IMG/VR virus record: IMGVR_UViG_3300045988_131290
Strand: one strand, 5' to 3'
Length of the DNA: 35,243 bases
DNA from: a virus
The notes under the pieces were generated by a model that did not search any database, was not told where the DNA came from, and saw only the letters and a list, made by a program, of their open reading frames with translations. The translations under genes were made by a program, and so were the position numbers. Positions 16,003 through 25,524 of this stretch are shown piece by piece. How positions within the stretch are numbered: the first letter of the stretch is position 1; the number at the start of each line of letters is the position of its first letter.

Positions 16003-16331
16003 TCTTTTTTATTACCCGCCTGTGGTAAATTATCGGGAATTAATTCAGTTATAACAGGTAGTAACGAGCTAACAATATCCATTGTGTCGAATTGCTTGAA
16101 ATATTTTTCCCCAAGTGGTTTATTTGTCTTTTTATCTCGGATAATTGATCCTAATAAAGCTATTATTGAAGTTATATTATGATTTTGAATCCCTTCAATA
16201 GCTTTTAAAAATCCTTTACGATTTGTTACTTGGAAATGATCTATCGCATAGTTATCAAGTGCTGCGATACATTCCTTCCCGTTGATCTCAAGTTCAACAA
16301 TTCTTTTTTTGCCTAAATGTATTTTCTCCAT
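15993..16331 (-). CDS. Tail assembly chaperone (gpG-like)
   Basis: Lies between the major tail and tape measure genes. Ends in a slippery heptamer directly before its stop codon. Confidence 0.75.
   Translation of the reverse strand: MEKIHLGKKRIVELEINGKECIAALDNYAIDHFQVTNRKGFLKAIEGIQNHNITSIIALLGSIIRDKKTNKPLGEKYFKQFDTMDIVSSLLPVITELIPDNLPQAGNKKEKK
15996..16002 (-). other. Programmed -1 ribosomal frameshift heptamer A_AAA_AAG
   Basis: The zero frame reads GAA AAA AAG TAG. The heptamer is in X_XXY_YYZ phase immediately 5' of the stop. Confidence 0.7.
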
Positions 16332-16344
16332 GTTATCCTCCTAT

Positions 16345-16373
16345 AAATAAAAGACCTACCCTAATGGGTAGGT
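16345..16373 (-). terminator. Intrinsic terminator/attenuator after the major tail gene
   Basis: acctaccc pairs with gggtaggt with a 4-nt loop. On the minus strand it is followed by cttttattta. Confidence 0.65.
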
Positions 16374-16378
16374 ATAAA

Positions 16379-16990
16379 TTAGTTTATTTCTTCTTCTTCT
16401 GTTGGTAATATTGGTTGTTCGAAGAATTTATTCCAATGGTTTAATGCTAATGCTTTTTCTGACGGTTCAGATATTGCGTTTATTTCTGCTAAATCCATTT
16501 CCATTTCTACTTGTAAGCATGATACAAGCGGAACTCCTGTCCCTTCATAGGTAAATGTTTGACCTTCTAACGAATCTTCTTGCGTTGCGTTGTTTCTTGA
16601 ATTTTTAGCAAGTGCAACTTTATATATTATTCTTCGTCTTAGGTTTCCGTTATCCATAGCTATTTCATATGCTATCGCATGGTATGGTGCAACTTGACCC
16701 GTTGCAACGAATGATTTCCCGTTCTTATAACCTTTCCCAGTTATTTTCGCATCTAATGCTGGTGGTGTATCAGAAGATACCTCCATTGTCACATTGACTT
16801 TTGCTATTTGTTTTATAGAGTTTTCGATTATATTATCTGCGTAATACTCACCCTCTGAATATTCGTTAGAACTTTCAAAGTTAACTGCCCAAGGGACCCT
16901 ATAACCAACTCCCCATGTTGGATCTTGCCCTTCTACATCTTTTGTTAATGGGAATAATGTTATTCTACTTATCCCGACTTCTCTTGCCAT
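16379..16990 (-). CDS. Major tail protein
   Basis: Position and strong RBS. N-terminus MAREVGISRITLFPL resembles phi13-family major tail proteins. Confidence 0.75.
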   Translation of the reverse strand: MAREVGISRITLFPLTKDVEGQDPTWGVGYRVPWAVNFESSNEYSEGEYYADNIIENSIKQIAKVNVTMEVSSDTPPALDAKITGKGYKNGKSFVATGQVAPYHAIAYEIAMDNGNLRRRIIYKVALAKNSRNNATQEDSLEGQTFTYEGTGVPLVSCLQVEMEMDLAEINAISEPSEKALALNHWNKFFEQPILPTEEEEIN

Positions 16991-17028
16991 AATTCTTTAT
17001 CTCCTTTGTATCTTTAAATTTTTGTATT

Positions 17029-17059
17029 AAAAAAAGACGATCTATTTTGAAATCGTCTT
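17029..17059 (-). terminator. Intrinsic terminator hairpin overlapping the stop of 17042..17365, upstream of the major tail gene
   Basis: aagacgat (17034..17041) pairs with atcgtctt (17052..17059). On the minus strand it is followed by a 7-nt T-run (tttttttaat). Confidence 0.6.
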
Positions 17060-17365
17060 TGCATAACTAAATGTAACTTGATAATAGTCTGTATTATCAA
17101 ATTTAACAGGTGCGTTTATTATTGTTTTTCTGAAATAATGATTTTCCATTACTCCCTTGATCTTCTCAATAGTTTCAAATATGTTCTCCTTGACGAATAA
17201 ATTTAAATATACGTCGTATCTCGTTGACTCCTCTTTATAATCACCCATTGTGTTTAAATATTCATTATATGTGTACACAATACAAGGGAACACGTTTGAA
17301 GGACGTTCTAAGAAATAGAAGTCGATCCCTGTTTCAAGTAAAACTTGTTCAAGTAATGTATTCAT
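17042..17365 (-). CDS. Tail completion / tail terminator-like protein (by position)
   Basis: 107 aa. Last gene of the connector cluster before the major tail gene. Confidence 0.5.
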   Translation of the reverse strand: MNTLLEQVLLETGIDFYFLERPSNVFPCIVYTYNEYLNTMGDYKEESTRYDVYLNLFVKENIFETIEKIKGVMENHYFRKTIINAPVKFDNTDYYQVTFSYAKTISK

Positions 17366-17787
17366 TTTAATAAATTGTCAATCTCCTTTTTTAAGATCGA
17401 AGTCGTCTTTTGTTCAGCAGCAGCTTTCGACTTCTCATATGATTTATCCAACCAGCCGACGTTATTTGTGATCTTTAACTTACCGTCAAAGTTCCAACCA
17501 AAGTTACGATACCCCCAATGTTGATACCATAATTGTCGTGTACTGTTCCAGTTCTTTTTACCTATCCCTACTGATCCCCATGCAGCACCGTCCTTATTAA
17601 CTTTCACATTTTGGATCACTAATTTACTACGGGAATTATCTTGATCAATGGGTGCATCTTGTTTCATTCCGTCGAGAAAAACTTTTAATCCTTCATTGAC
17701 CGCTTTCTTTCCTACTTTCTTTCCTACGTCGCCCAACTGTTCCAACCTAGACATCAATTCATCTAAACCGTTAACATCTACACTCAT
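17362..17787 (-). CDS. HK97 gp10-like tail-component (neck) protein
   Basis: N-terminus MSVDVNGLDELMSRLEQLG...KKAVNEGLKVF is typical of the family, and the position fits. Confidence 0.6.
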   Translation of the reverse strand: MSVDVNGLDELMSRLEQLGDVGKKVGKKAVNEGLKVFLDGMKQDAPIDQDNSRSKLVIQNVKVNKDGAAWGSVGIGKKNWNSTRQLWYQHWGYRNFGWNFDGKLKITNNVGWLDKSYEKSKAAAEQKTTSILKKEIDNLLK

Positions 17788-18125
17788 ATTTTCACCCTCG
17801 ATAATTTTATTTCAAGCCATTCGTTTTCGTCCTGTATATCCACGACACTTTTAATGTTGTATTTTACGTCCTTGATAATTGCAAGATCACCCTCGTATAA
17901 TTTGTGTTTATGATGTAATCTAATGACTATAGTCTTATCAATTTTGACGTTGTCACCATTCCCTTGGAGATATTCGTTTGATACAGTAGATCGAACGTGA
18001 CACCTCGTTTTATAAATGTCAGTCCAAATGTACGTTGGTTTTCCGTCTGCGTCTTTTCCTAACGTAGATCGTTGAAATAAAACTGTGTGTTTTAAATTGT
18101 GTGGTTTTGTACTAATTTGCAGCAT
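17784..18125 (-). CDS. Head closure / head-tail adaptor protein
   Basis: 113 aa in the connector cluster, with overlapping start and stop codons with its neighbours. Confidence 0.55.
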   Translation of the reverse strand: MLQISTKPHNLKHTVLFQRSTLGKDADGKPTYIWTDIYKTRCHVRSTVSNEYLQGNGDNVKIDKTIVIRLHHKHKLYEGDLAIIKDVKYNIKSVVDIQDENEWLEIKLSRVKI

Positions 18126-18396
18126 ATTGTAATTGAACTAATATACTTGTTAGTATATTATTACGAGTAACTGCCCCCGCTTTTGTTAGATCACGATTGT
18201 TGAACAATTCGGAAATCATACATAATATAAATACGGTCGCTAGGTTTTGGTTAATGTTGTTGGCGTTACCATTAACTAAATATGAAAGATAATCTGTCGA
18301 AGTATCTCGAAGTACGATTAAAAGATCGTCATTATAATCGTCATCTAAATCAATGCCTAAGTGTTTTTTTATTTGATCTAATGTAACTACTGGCAT
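18112..18396 (-). CDS. gp6-like head-tail connector protein
   Basis: N-terminus VTLDQIKKHLGIDLDDDYNDDLL is typical of the phage gp6-like connector family. Confidence 0.6.
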   Translation of the reverse strand: MPVVTLDQIKKHLGIDLDDDYNDDLLIVLRDTSTDYLSYLVNGNANNINQNLATVFILCMISELFNNRDLTKAGAVTRNNILTSILVQLQYAAN

Positions 18397-18429
18397 ATGA
18401 TCACCCCCTATATATTGAATTAACGACTT

Positions 18430-19215
18430 CTAAGATTGAAACGTAACAACGTGACAATGTTCGGGACGTTTAATTACGAATCCACTATAATATCTAGTAT
18501 TAAAGTAAGTTAAATTTGATAAGAATCCCACATTGTCAAATACTCTATTTTCAATTTGTCCGTCGTGAACGTGTGCAATGTCATTTTTACCAACTACTAT
18601 CATTCCGTTGAAGTTTTTATCATCTGTCAAAATCGGCTCAACTCCTAAAATTTTAAAATCTTGTTGAATATCTAAACCTTTGATCTTTCCGATAATATCA
18701 GTTGACATTAACACGACACTATTTTTATTGATATATGATTTAGCGAATTTTTTAAACCAAGTGTCAGTATATGTTTCTAGTTCTTCCCCACATTCAGCAT
18801 CAATCAACGCCTTTTTTAATTGAGTGTGTATCGCTCCGATTAAGTATTCAACCATTGCATCTGCAATATAATCTTTAAGTGATTGACCTTGCAACTCGAA
18901 TATAGTTGATGAAAACGCAAGTTTCAGATCTATTGATTTTAATTCGCCACTTGCCATAGCAACGGTAATCGCACCGTTTATATCATTAGTTATATTCCCG
19001 CTCTCATCTTCGATAAATGTCATTTGACTTAAAACTGGAACGTGTGCTTTTTTAGCAGCAATATCATAACTAGGAATATGATTTATAATACAATCACTAT
19101 TAACAATCTTATCTTGTAATAACTCTAAAAATTTTTCTGTTAACAGGAATGTATCACCCGTCACATTAGGGGCGATGACTTCATTGTCTATTAATAATGT
19201 TTTTAATTTACTCAT
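18430..19215 (-). CDS. HK97-fold capsid-like paralogue lacking the N-terminal scaffold/delta region
   Basis: Blocks align by eye to the adjacent MCP: SVVLMSTD vs AVILMTEE, FNGMIVV vs FNGYPVR, NVGFLSNLTYFNTRYYSGF vs EAGFLKNVVYSKIITYFDI. Confidence 0.5.
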   Translation of the reverse strand: MSKLKTLLIDNEVIAPNVTGDTFLLTEKFLELLQDKIVNSDCIINHIPSYDIAAKKAHVPVLSQMTFIEDESGNITNDINGAITVAMASGELKSIDLKLAFSSTIFELQGQSLKDYIADAMVEYLIGAIHTQLKKALIDAECGEELETYTDTWFKKFAKSYINKNSVVLMSTDIIGKIKGLDIQQDFKILGVEPILTDDKNFNGMIVVGKNDIAHVHDGQIENRVFDNVGFLSNLTYFNTRYYSGFVIKRPEHCHVVTFQS

Positions 19216-19232
19216 GTTATCCCTTTCTAATT

Positions 19233-19262
19233 ATAAAAAGGGCATCTATTAAGATACCCTTT
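19233..19262 (-). terminator. Intrinsic terminator/attenuator after the major capsid gene
   Basis: aaagggcatct pairs with agatacccttt (10/11 positions paired). A T-run follows on the minus strand. Confidence 0.55.
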
Positions 19263-19283
19263 CGTAATTTAATATTAAGTTGA

Positions 19284-20453
19284 TTATTTTGCTATGTCTG
19301 TATAATATACTTCCCAAGCATCTTTGTCGTAAGTTGCTATGTCGAAGTAAGTTATTATTTTAGAATACACAACGTTTTTAAGGAATCCAGCCTCTTTAGA
19401 CATTGATAGAGTGTATTCTTCATTTTCGAATAACATTAATGCTTGTTTGAAGTTACCAAACGCAAAGAAATGTCTTACTGCATCTGCTGTTTCCGAATTT
19501 GTAGCAGCTACTTCCTCATTAGATTGAACGAAACCAGTTTTTAAGTGAGCTGGATCAACGAATCTAACAGGGTAACCGTTGAAATATGGTTGTGCTGGTT
19601 TAGTTAAATCGGGTTGTACCCAAGATAAGTCAAGTTTTGAGTTTTCTTGTTTAGCGAAATGATCGAAAGTTTCTTCAGTCATTAATATAACTGCACCGTC
19701 TTGTTTTAAAGCTCTGTTTAATCCAAGTCTTGTAGCTGATACTAACTCTTTAACTGTGTTTACTTGTTTCATTCCTTCTTTTCTAGCACCTTGTTTTCCA
19801 ACTAACGTCTCACATATCATATCATTTATTTTGTAAACGTAAGCATCAACGAATACTTGTGCCATGTATGATATTAAATCTGCCTCTGTGAATTTAAGTA
19901 TAGTGTCATTTAATAAACCTAATTTACCATATTTCTTTATAGTGAATTTTACTGCATCAAATTGTAAATTAGTGTCTGCGTTCATATCCACCCCGTCAAC
20001 AACTTCAACTAAACCTTGATGTTTAGTTGCATTAACTGGGAATTGTCCGCTTATTGCAGTAGTTTTTTGAACTGTCACAAGATCTTTTAAGTAATCTTTA
20101 TGTCTTAATAACTCTCTTATTTGAGTTGATAATTCTTTTATGTGTATGTTGTCTTCACCCGTAACCGCATTTTTTATCGCTTGTAATTCACCTTCTGATA
20201 ATGGTTGGTTTTTCACTTGTTTAGCCATTGCGTGTATTACTGATACTTTTTCATTTTGTGGTGCTGGAACTGGATCAGCTTTCGGTGCTGCTGCCCCTAA
20301 GTCTATTCCGTTTAATTCTTCTTCCATTCTTAATTCTGACTCTAATGCTTTTATTGCATTGAATACTTTTGTTTTATCGTCTGTCGATTTAGCACCTCTA
20401 AACTCGTCCATTTTATTTCTTATTTCTTTTTTTAATTCTTCTATTCTTGTCAT
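19284..20453 (-). CDS. Major capsid protein, HK97 family, with an N-terminal coiled-coil delta-like domain
   Basis: 389 aa, positioned after the protease. The N-terminal helix is MTRIEELKKEIRNKMDEF. Strong RBS GGAGG. Confidence 0.85.
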   Translation of the reverse strand: MTRIEELKKEIRNKMDEFRGAKSTDDKTKVFNAIKALESELRMEEELNGIDLGAAAPKADPVPAPQNEKVSVIHAMAKQVKNQPLSEGELQAIKNAVTGEDNIHIKELSTQIRELLRHKDYLKDLVTVQKTTAISGQFPVNATKHQGLVEVVDGVDMNADTNLQFDAVKFTIKKYGKLGLLNDTILKFTEADLISYMAQVFVDAYVYKINDMICETLVGKQGARKEGMKQVNTVKELVSATRLGLNRALKQDGAVILMTEETFDHFAKQENSKLDLSWVQPDLTKPAQPYFNGYPVRFVDPAHLKTGFVQSNEEVAATNSETADAVRHFFAFGNFKQALMLFENEEYTLSMSKEAGFLKNVVYSKIITYFDIATYDKDAWEVYYTDIAK

Positions 20454-20491
20454 TTAATAAAACCTCCTAAATTTTTGCATAAAAAAAGAAC

Positions 20492-21214
20492 CTATAAACT
20501 ACATTCAAGCTCTATAAGTTCTAACTCCATTTCTTGTTCTTTTTGTTCTGCTTTCATTTGTCTTTCTTTTTGATCTTTTATTGAATCTCTAAGATCTGTC
20601 GGTAATTTGTCATAATTACCTATACTTGAATTTACTTTAGCAACCATGTCGATTGGATCAACACAATTTATATTGAAATATTGCTCCGCTTGTTCACCAG
20701 TTAACCAAGTTTCATTGTTGACCATATCCTCGATTGTAGATATTTCAACACCTTCTTTTAAATTCTCTTTATACACATTTAATAAACCTTCTTGAACTCG
20801 GTCCAATGTATCCGCCATTTTCCTTAGCTCATTAGCATCACCATATGCTCCGCCACTCGGTTTATGGATCATTAAATACGCATTGGAAGGAATGTATATA
20901 TTATCTCCAACCATTGCAATTATCGACGCAATAGATCCCGCCAAACCGTCAACATATACATTCTTTGTACATGATAATCGTTTTAAAGAATTATACATAC
21001 TTAGACCAGCGAATACAGATCCGCCACCCGAATTTATGTAAATGTTTAAAGGTTTACTTTGATCTATCTGTCCTATATAATTTAATATGTCAGTTGGGCA
21101 ACTGTATAATTCATTCCATGTCTCCCAACTGTCGTCGACGATCTCACCATAAAAATAAAGCTCATTTGCGTCAACTGTGTTTTTGATCTTCATATAGTCC
21201 TTAAAACTTCTCAA
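20492..21214 (-). CDS. ClpP-family (S14) prohead protease with a C-terminal coiled coil
   Basis: INSGGGSVFAGLSMYN ... GLAGSIASIIAMVGD ... LMIHKPSGGAYG. Preferred start is TTG at 21214 after the RBS GGGGGTGA. Alternative starts are at 21193 and 21289. Confidence 0.8.
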   Translation of the reverse strand: MRSFKDYMKIKNTVDANELYFYGEIVDDSWETWNELYSCPTDILNYIGQIDQSKPLNIYINSGGGSVFAGLSMYNSLKRLSCTKNVYVDGLAGSIASIIAMVGDNIYIPSNAYLMIHKPSGGAYGDANELRKMADTLDRVQEGLLNVYKENLKEGVEISTIEDMVNNETWLTGEQAEQYFNINCVDPIDMVAKVNSSIGNYDKLPTDLRDSIKDQKERQMKAEQKEQEMELELIELECSL

Positions 21215-21305
21215 ACTCTCACCCCCTTTCAAAATTAAAGGTATAAACACCTTACCCCTTGTTATAAAACGCCTTAAAATGGCGTACACGAGGTTCGATT
21301 TTTAA

Positions 21306-22541
21306 CTATTCTTTGATATTTTCGTCTTTTTCTTCACCTTCGATATTTTCACCGCTGCTTTTAGTCATTCCGTATTTATTTTCAATATAAGTATCATATT
21401 TTGTGATCGGAACGTAATTAAGCGACATTAATAAATCGTCTGTTCCCTTTATGTATGGTAGATCTTCAAGTCGTCTAACTTCGGCTTGACTCATTATCCC
21501 ATTTAATAGGGCATTTCTATAATAATCCATACGGTCCTTGTCATTACCACGCATTAAAGATCTATAATTGATTTTGAAATAATAATTTTGCTTTTCTTTT
21601 CTAGTAAGTAGCTTTTCAAAAAATTCTTGCTCAATCATCTTTAAGAAAGGTAATAACGATTGTATGAAATTACTTTTTAAACTGTCGGAAATATTATATG
21701 TTCCCTCGGCAACCGACGTTATGACCGACGGAACGTTCATTACTTGATGGATCTTTGCGTCTAAATCCTTCGTTAATTGTGCAACTTGTGACTCTTGAAA
21801 TGAATGTGTTCCGCCGCTAATTGGATTTAATTTCATTCCTTCATCAAGTACTGCTATATTATCATCATTTGATGTAAGAACTCTGTTAAATGCCGATTTT
21901 AGTATCATTTTACTTGACTCACTCGACGTTCCTTGCAATTCAATCCATGCTTTGACATTATTATTTAATCCATTTTCAAATGCTTTAGTAACTAACTTGT
22001 TAGCCGCAACCTTACTCTCTAGGATAGGACGTAATGCGTCGAACCTATTGAATAGATCTCTAAAGTGTAACGTGTTTTCATATGGCACGGTGATGTATTT
22101 TCCCCTTACGGTTCCCGTAACTTGCCATATGTTAGATCCTAATATCGACTCTGATAATCTTGCACCTTCAATTTGTTCTAATGATATTAATTTACCATTA
22201 TGAAAATTCATTACTGCGAATGAATCCCCCTCCAGCAGCATTTTTATGATCATTTCTTTCATAAAATCAAATTGTCCTTGGATCTTGTTCGGGCGACTTA
22301 ATACATTAGTGATACTATTTTCAACACGATTAAAACTAAAATCATCTTTCTGATATAAATGACAACCCATAGATGCAATATATGTTGCTATCGCATTTAC
22401 GCAAGACATAACCACCGAGTCGGAAGTCATAGTTTTAATAGTTACAGTATCACTAGATAATAATTCTTCGAGCGATGTCCCGCCAAAAAAGACGTCGTTA
22501 TTAATCTTCGTCTTTCTACTTTTGTAATATTGTGACTTCAT
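21306..22541 (-). CDS. Portal protein (HK97-type by size and position)
   Basis: 411 aa, between the terminase and the protease. Confidence 0.75.
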   Translation of the reverse strand: MKSQYYKSRKTKINNDVFFGGTSLEELLSSDTVTIKTMTSDSVVMSCVNAIATYIASMGCHLYQKDDFSFNRVENSITNVLSRPNKIQGQFDFMKEMIIKMLLEGDSFAVMNFHNGKLISLEQIEGARLSESILGSNIWQVTGTVRGKYITVPYENTLHFRDLFNRFDALRPILESKVAANKLVTKAFENGLNNNVKAWIELQGTSSESSKMILKSAFNRVLTSNDDNIAVLDEGMKLNPISGGTHSFQESQVAQLTKDLDAKIHQVMNVPSVITSVAEGTYNISDSLKSNFIQSLLPFLKMIEQEFFEKLLTRKEKQNYYFKINYRSLMRGNDKDRMDYYRNALLNGIMSQAEVRRLEDLPYIKGTDDLLMSLNYVPITKYDTYIENKYGMTKSSGENIEGEEKDENIKE

Positions 22542-22726
22542 TAATCAGAATATAATCTTTCCTTATACTTGATCACTAGATTTGCAGCAGCAGCAGTCGC
22601 CAACGTTACTGCTCCGAATCCAACGATCGAATTAATTAAAAATCCCGTTATAACTAAAGATATTAACGCAATTACAGTTAATATTTCCTCTAAGTATAAC
22701 CACACTTTTTCAATTAATTTTTTCAT
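22541..22726 (-). CDS. Small membrane protein (61 aa)
   Basis: Two hydrophobic segments. Wedged between terL and the portal gene with overlapping start and stop codons. Confidence 0.5.
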   Translation of the reverse strand: MKKLIEKVWLYLEEILTVIALISLVITGFLINSIVGFGAVTLATAAAANLVIKYKERLYSD

Positions 22727-22727
22727 T

Positions 22728-24410
22728 TTAACAACTCCATTCCTCCGTTATTATCTCGTCCCAGTTTTTTATATTTGGTGAATCGAATAATAACTTAAAT
22801 GCAAATATACATACAACCGCCATATCAATACGTTGACGGTTCTTGTATTTCCTTTTCGGCATAACGTCCTCGGCTTTACCCACTTCTAACGTCATGCAAG
22901 ACATACACCAGTCAAGGATTTTATTCTCGACGTGATATATGTTTCCGTTATAAACTTCATTTCTAAACTCTTTCGTAGGGCTTGATAGTTGATTAAAGCA
23001 TTGTTTTAACTCTACAACATCATAATCTGCTGCGAGATCTTCCAACATCATTTTTGCGTTGAAGGGATCGGATATAATATAAGCAATATTGCAATCAAAA
23101 GTTTTTTCGATCGACATTATATAATCATATACTTGCGAATAGTTAACGGATAAACCGTCGCAAATTGTACAATAACCCAATCGCTCCATAGCTTGATAAT
23201 CTATCTTTTCACGACGTTCTGCCAATGATCCTCGAGGTAAAAATCCATGACTAAGGAAATAATATTCCCCTTCGTGAGTAAATCCTATCCCGACCGCAGT
23301 TAAATCGGTTGTGATCGAAAGATCGAGTGATACAACAACACTTTGCCCCTTGACTAATTCCTTGAATTTCTCCAATGAAATGACACCTTTTCGCCATTCA
23401 GTCATCTTCAAATATGGTTCATCTTGTTCTGAATTTACGAAAATGTTCATATGCTTAGTTAAAAATTCAGTTCGTTCCAAAGGCTTATTGAGTGCTTTCG
23501 CCCTCGACTTTCTAATCTCGTCGTAATTTTCATCAATTCGCAGCGGGTTCGACATAAATAAACCTGTATCGTCCCATTCGTGACCTTGTTCCGCATAGTA
23601 TATCAATGCAAATTGATTGCGATCTTCAATATCTCCCTTTAATACTTTTCGTATGTATTCCAATTCCTCCAACATGATCGAGTCGTTGATTGCATATGCA
23701 GTCGTAGCCTTCAACATCAATGGATTAACTACTGACAACTGTCCCGATTTCATAGCGGTAATATTATCGTAATCCCTAAAGTTTCCGATTTCATCTGCAA
23801 TAAATGCACTCGGACGAATCGCATTGTTACGACCACTCTCTGACGTCCTCGCTTGATAAAACGAGTTAGTCAATAAGCAAGTGATCTTGCCGCTTAGAGT
23901 GACTGACTTCTTAAATCGCTTTGTAATGATCGGCGACGCATCAATAATTTGCATCATGCACTTTTTAACCTCTCCCGCAAGATCTCGGTCGATACATATT
24001 GAATAAAATTCGCTATATTCATTCTCTGTTAACATTAAAATTAATAATGTGACTGAAAGAATAAATGTTTTTGCGTTTTTTCGTGGAATAAATAACGTAA
24101 TATCTTGATGTTTGAACTTTTTCGGCTTATCTTTGTATCTAAAACCAAAGATATTGACAATAAAAAAGCATTGAAAACCATGTAATCCGTCAAGAATACT
24201 TGTCCCAATACAATTAATACCCGTTGCGAAGTTCATAAACGAAAGCAAAGTTTCGACTAATTCAACCTCTTTTTGATCAAAATAATACGTTTCATCTTCA
24301 TTATGATAGTCATGTAAGAAGATCTCACATTGTCTTTTGACTTCCCAAGTGGTGATTTCGTCCCCCGCAACGACTCGATTTGCATATAATAAAGCTCTTT
24401 CGACTAACAT
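22728..24410 (-). CDS. terL: Terminase large subunit
   Basis: Walker A-like PRKNAKT and Walker B-like AFIADEIG. 560 aa, positioned after terS. Confidence 0.9.
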   Translation of the reverse strand: MLVERALLYANRVVAGDEITTWEVKRQCEIFLHDYHNEDETYYFDQKEVELVETLLSFMNFATGINCIGTSILDGLHGFQCFFIVNIFGFRYKDKPKKFKHQDITLFIPRKNAKTFILSVTLLILMLTENEYSEFYSICIDRDLAGEVKKCMMQIIDASPIITKRFKKSVTLSGKITCLLTNSFYQARTSESGRNNAIRPSAFIADEIGNFRDYDNITAMKSGQLSVVNPLMLKATTAYAINDSIMLEELEYIRKVLKGDIEDRNQFALIYYAEQGHEWDDTGLFMSNPLRIDENYDEIRKSRAKALNKPLERTEFLTKHMNIFVNSEQDEPYLKMTEWRKGVISLEKFKELVKGQSVVVSLDLSITTDLTAVGIGFTHEGEYYFLSHGFLPRGSLAERREKIDYQAMERLGYCTICDGLSVNYSQVYDYIMSIEKTFDCNIAYIISDPFNAKMMLEDLAADYDVVELKQCFNQLSSPTKEFRNEVYNGNIYHVENKILDWCMSCMTLEVGKAEDVMPKRKYKNRQRIDMAVVCIFAFKLLFDSPNIKNWDEIITEEWSC

Positions 24411-24869
24411 TTATCTGTTTTTCAATGCCTTCAATAAAGGATCTTCGTCATCTGCTGCTTGTGTTGTCATTATTATAGCCAATGCCGCTCTATCCTTCGG
24501 TGACATACCTAATTTAGAACCGAAAGTATTAAATATCTTTGAATATCGTTCGTAGATCCTAATACTAGGGTTTTCGGAGTCGTCCGCCAATAACTGCCCC
24601 CTCGAATTTATGTCCTCCTGTGCGGTTTGCATCATATCCAAAGAGTTCGCCACGATTTCCAATGTGTGCGAGTCACTAGACGTCAAAAAGTCTTTCGGAA
24701 ACGACGTTAACAGTTTATTGTAGATCATCACTCCATTTTCAGTAAGTCGAGTTGGAGCAGCAGCAGCAATCGGATCGCCTTTTAACTTTTCTTCGGCATC
24801 TATTCTCGCCTTGATTTGATCTTTTGCAATCTTCCCTTGCTTTAACCCAATGGGTTTTATATTTGCCAT
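24411..24869 (-). CDS. terS: Terminase small subunit (P27-like)
   Basis: 152 aa, directly upstream of terL and downstream of the HNH gene. RBS GGGGGTGA. Confidence 0.75.
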   Translation of the reverse strand: MANIKPIGLKQGKIAKDQIKARIDAEEKLKGDPIAAAAPTRLTENGVMIYNKLLTSFPKDFLTSSDSHTLEIVANSLDMMQTAQEDINSRGQLLADDSENPSIRIYERYSKIFNTFGSKLGMSPKDRAALAIIMTTQAADDEDPLLKALKNR

Positions 24870-24984
24870 ACTCTCACCCCCTTAATATTTATCTCAAAAA
24901 GTTCAAACGAGCATTTTTTTTAAAGAAACTGCGGCTGGGTTCTTCTGTGAAAACGAAAAATTTTTTTGAAAAGACGGGGGGTAT

Positions 24985-25095
24985 AAAAAATTTACATAAA
25001 AAATTTACATAAAAATAAATTTTACATAAAATAAATTTACATAAAAAGATTTTATATAAAAATAAATTTACATAAAAATAAATTTATATAAAATC
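24985..25095. repeat. Array of 7 TTTACATAAA / TTTATATAAA repeats between the HNH gene and terS
   Basis: Copies start at 24991, 25004, 25021, 25036, 25051 (variant), 25067 and 25083 (variant). Spacing is 13-17 bp. Confidence 0.85.
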
Positions 25096-25479
25096 TTCTA
25101 ACCATAACCTCTGATACTCTTTTAACTCTGCTTTGACTTCATCATTATAATCGGAATGTATTATTTCATGTACTTCAAATGTCAAAGGAATTAAATTATC
25201 TGTATCAAAGAAGTTCTCCCTATTTGCTAGATCAATATGATGTATGATCTTCGCTGGTCTAACCTTGCGATATTTATACCAAGAATAAACACACATATAA
25301 TTATACTTCTTTAATATACTGTCCCTAACTCTACACCAACGAGTTGTTTTGTATAACCTTTCGTGATTGTTCAATGATCTTGTATATCTATCTTTGTTGC
25401 GTTTCTTTTCGCAACTATTACATCTTACTTGATCCTGTGTGATTATACTCCCACACATAGAACACGTCTTCAATAACAT
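25084..25479 (-). CDS. HNH endonuclease associated with cos-type packaging
   Basis: CSMCGS...CNSC zinc knuckle. HNH core IIHHIDLANRENFFDTDNLIPLTFEVHEIIH. Lies next to terS/terL. Confidence 0.85.
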   Translation of the reverse strand: MLLKTCSMCGSIITQDQVRCNSCEKKRNKDRYTRSLNNHERLYKTTRWCRVRDSILKKYNYMCVYSWYKYRKVRPAKIIHHIDLANRENFFDTDNLIPLTFEVHEIIHSDYNDEVKAELKEYQRLWLEDFI

Positions 25480-25494
25480 TCGTTTCCTCCCATT

Positions 25495-25524
25495 AAAAAA
25501 GGGACTTCCCTTTTGGGAGATCCC
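25495..25524 (-). terminator. Intrinsic terminator about 15 nt upstream of the HNH start codon
   Basis: Minus strand: GGGATCTCCC AAAA GGGAAGTCCC TTTTTT, with 9/10 positions paired including one G-U. Confidence 0.65.

Noticed and set aside
24985-25095. Possible CRISPR array or Xer/dif site, given the TTATGTAAA resemblance to the XerD arm
   Set aside because: The repeats are only about 10 bp, almost pure A/T and separated by 3-7 bp, so this is not CRISPR architecture. No XerC-type arm or 6-bp central region accompanies any copy.
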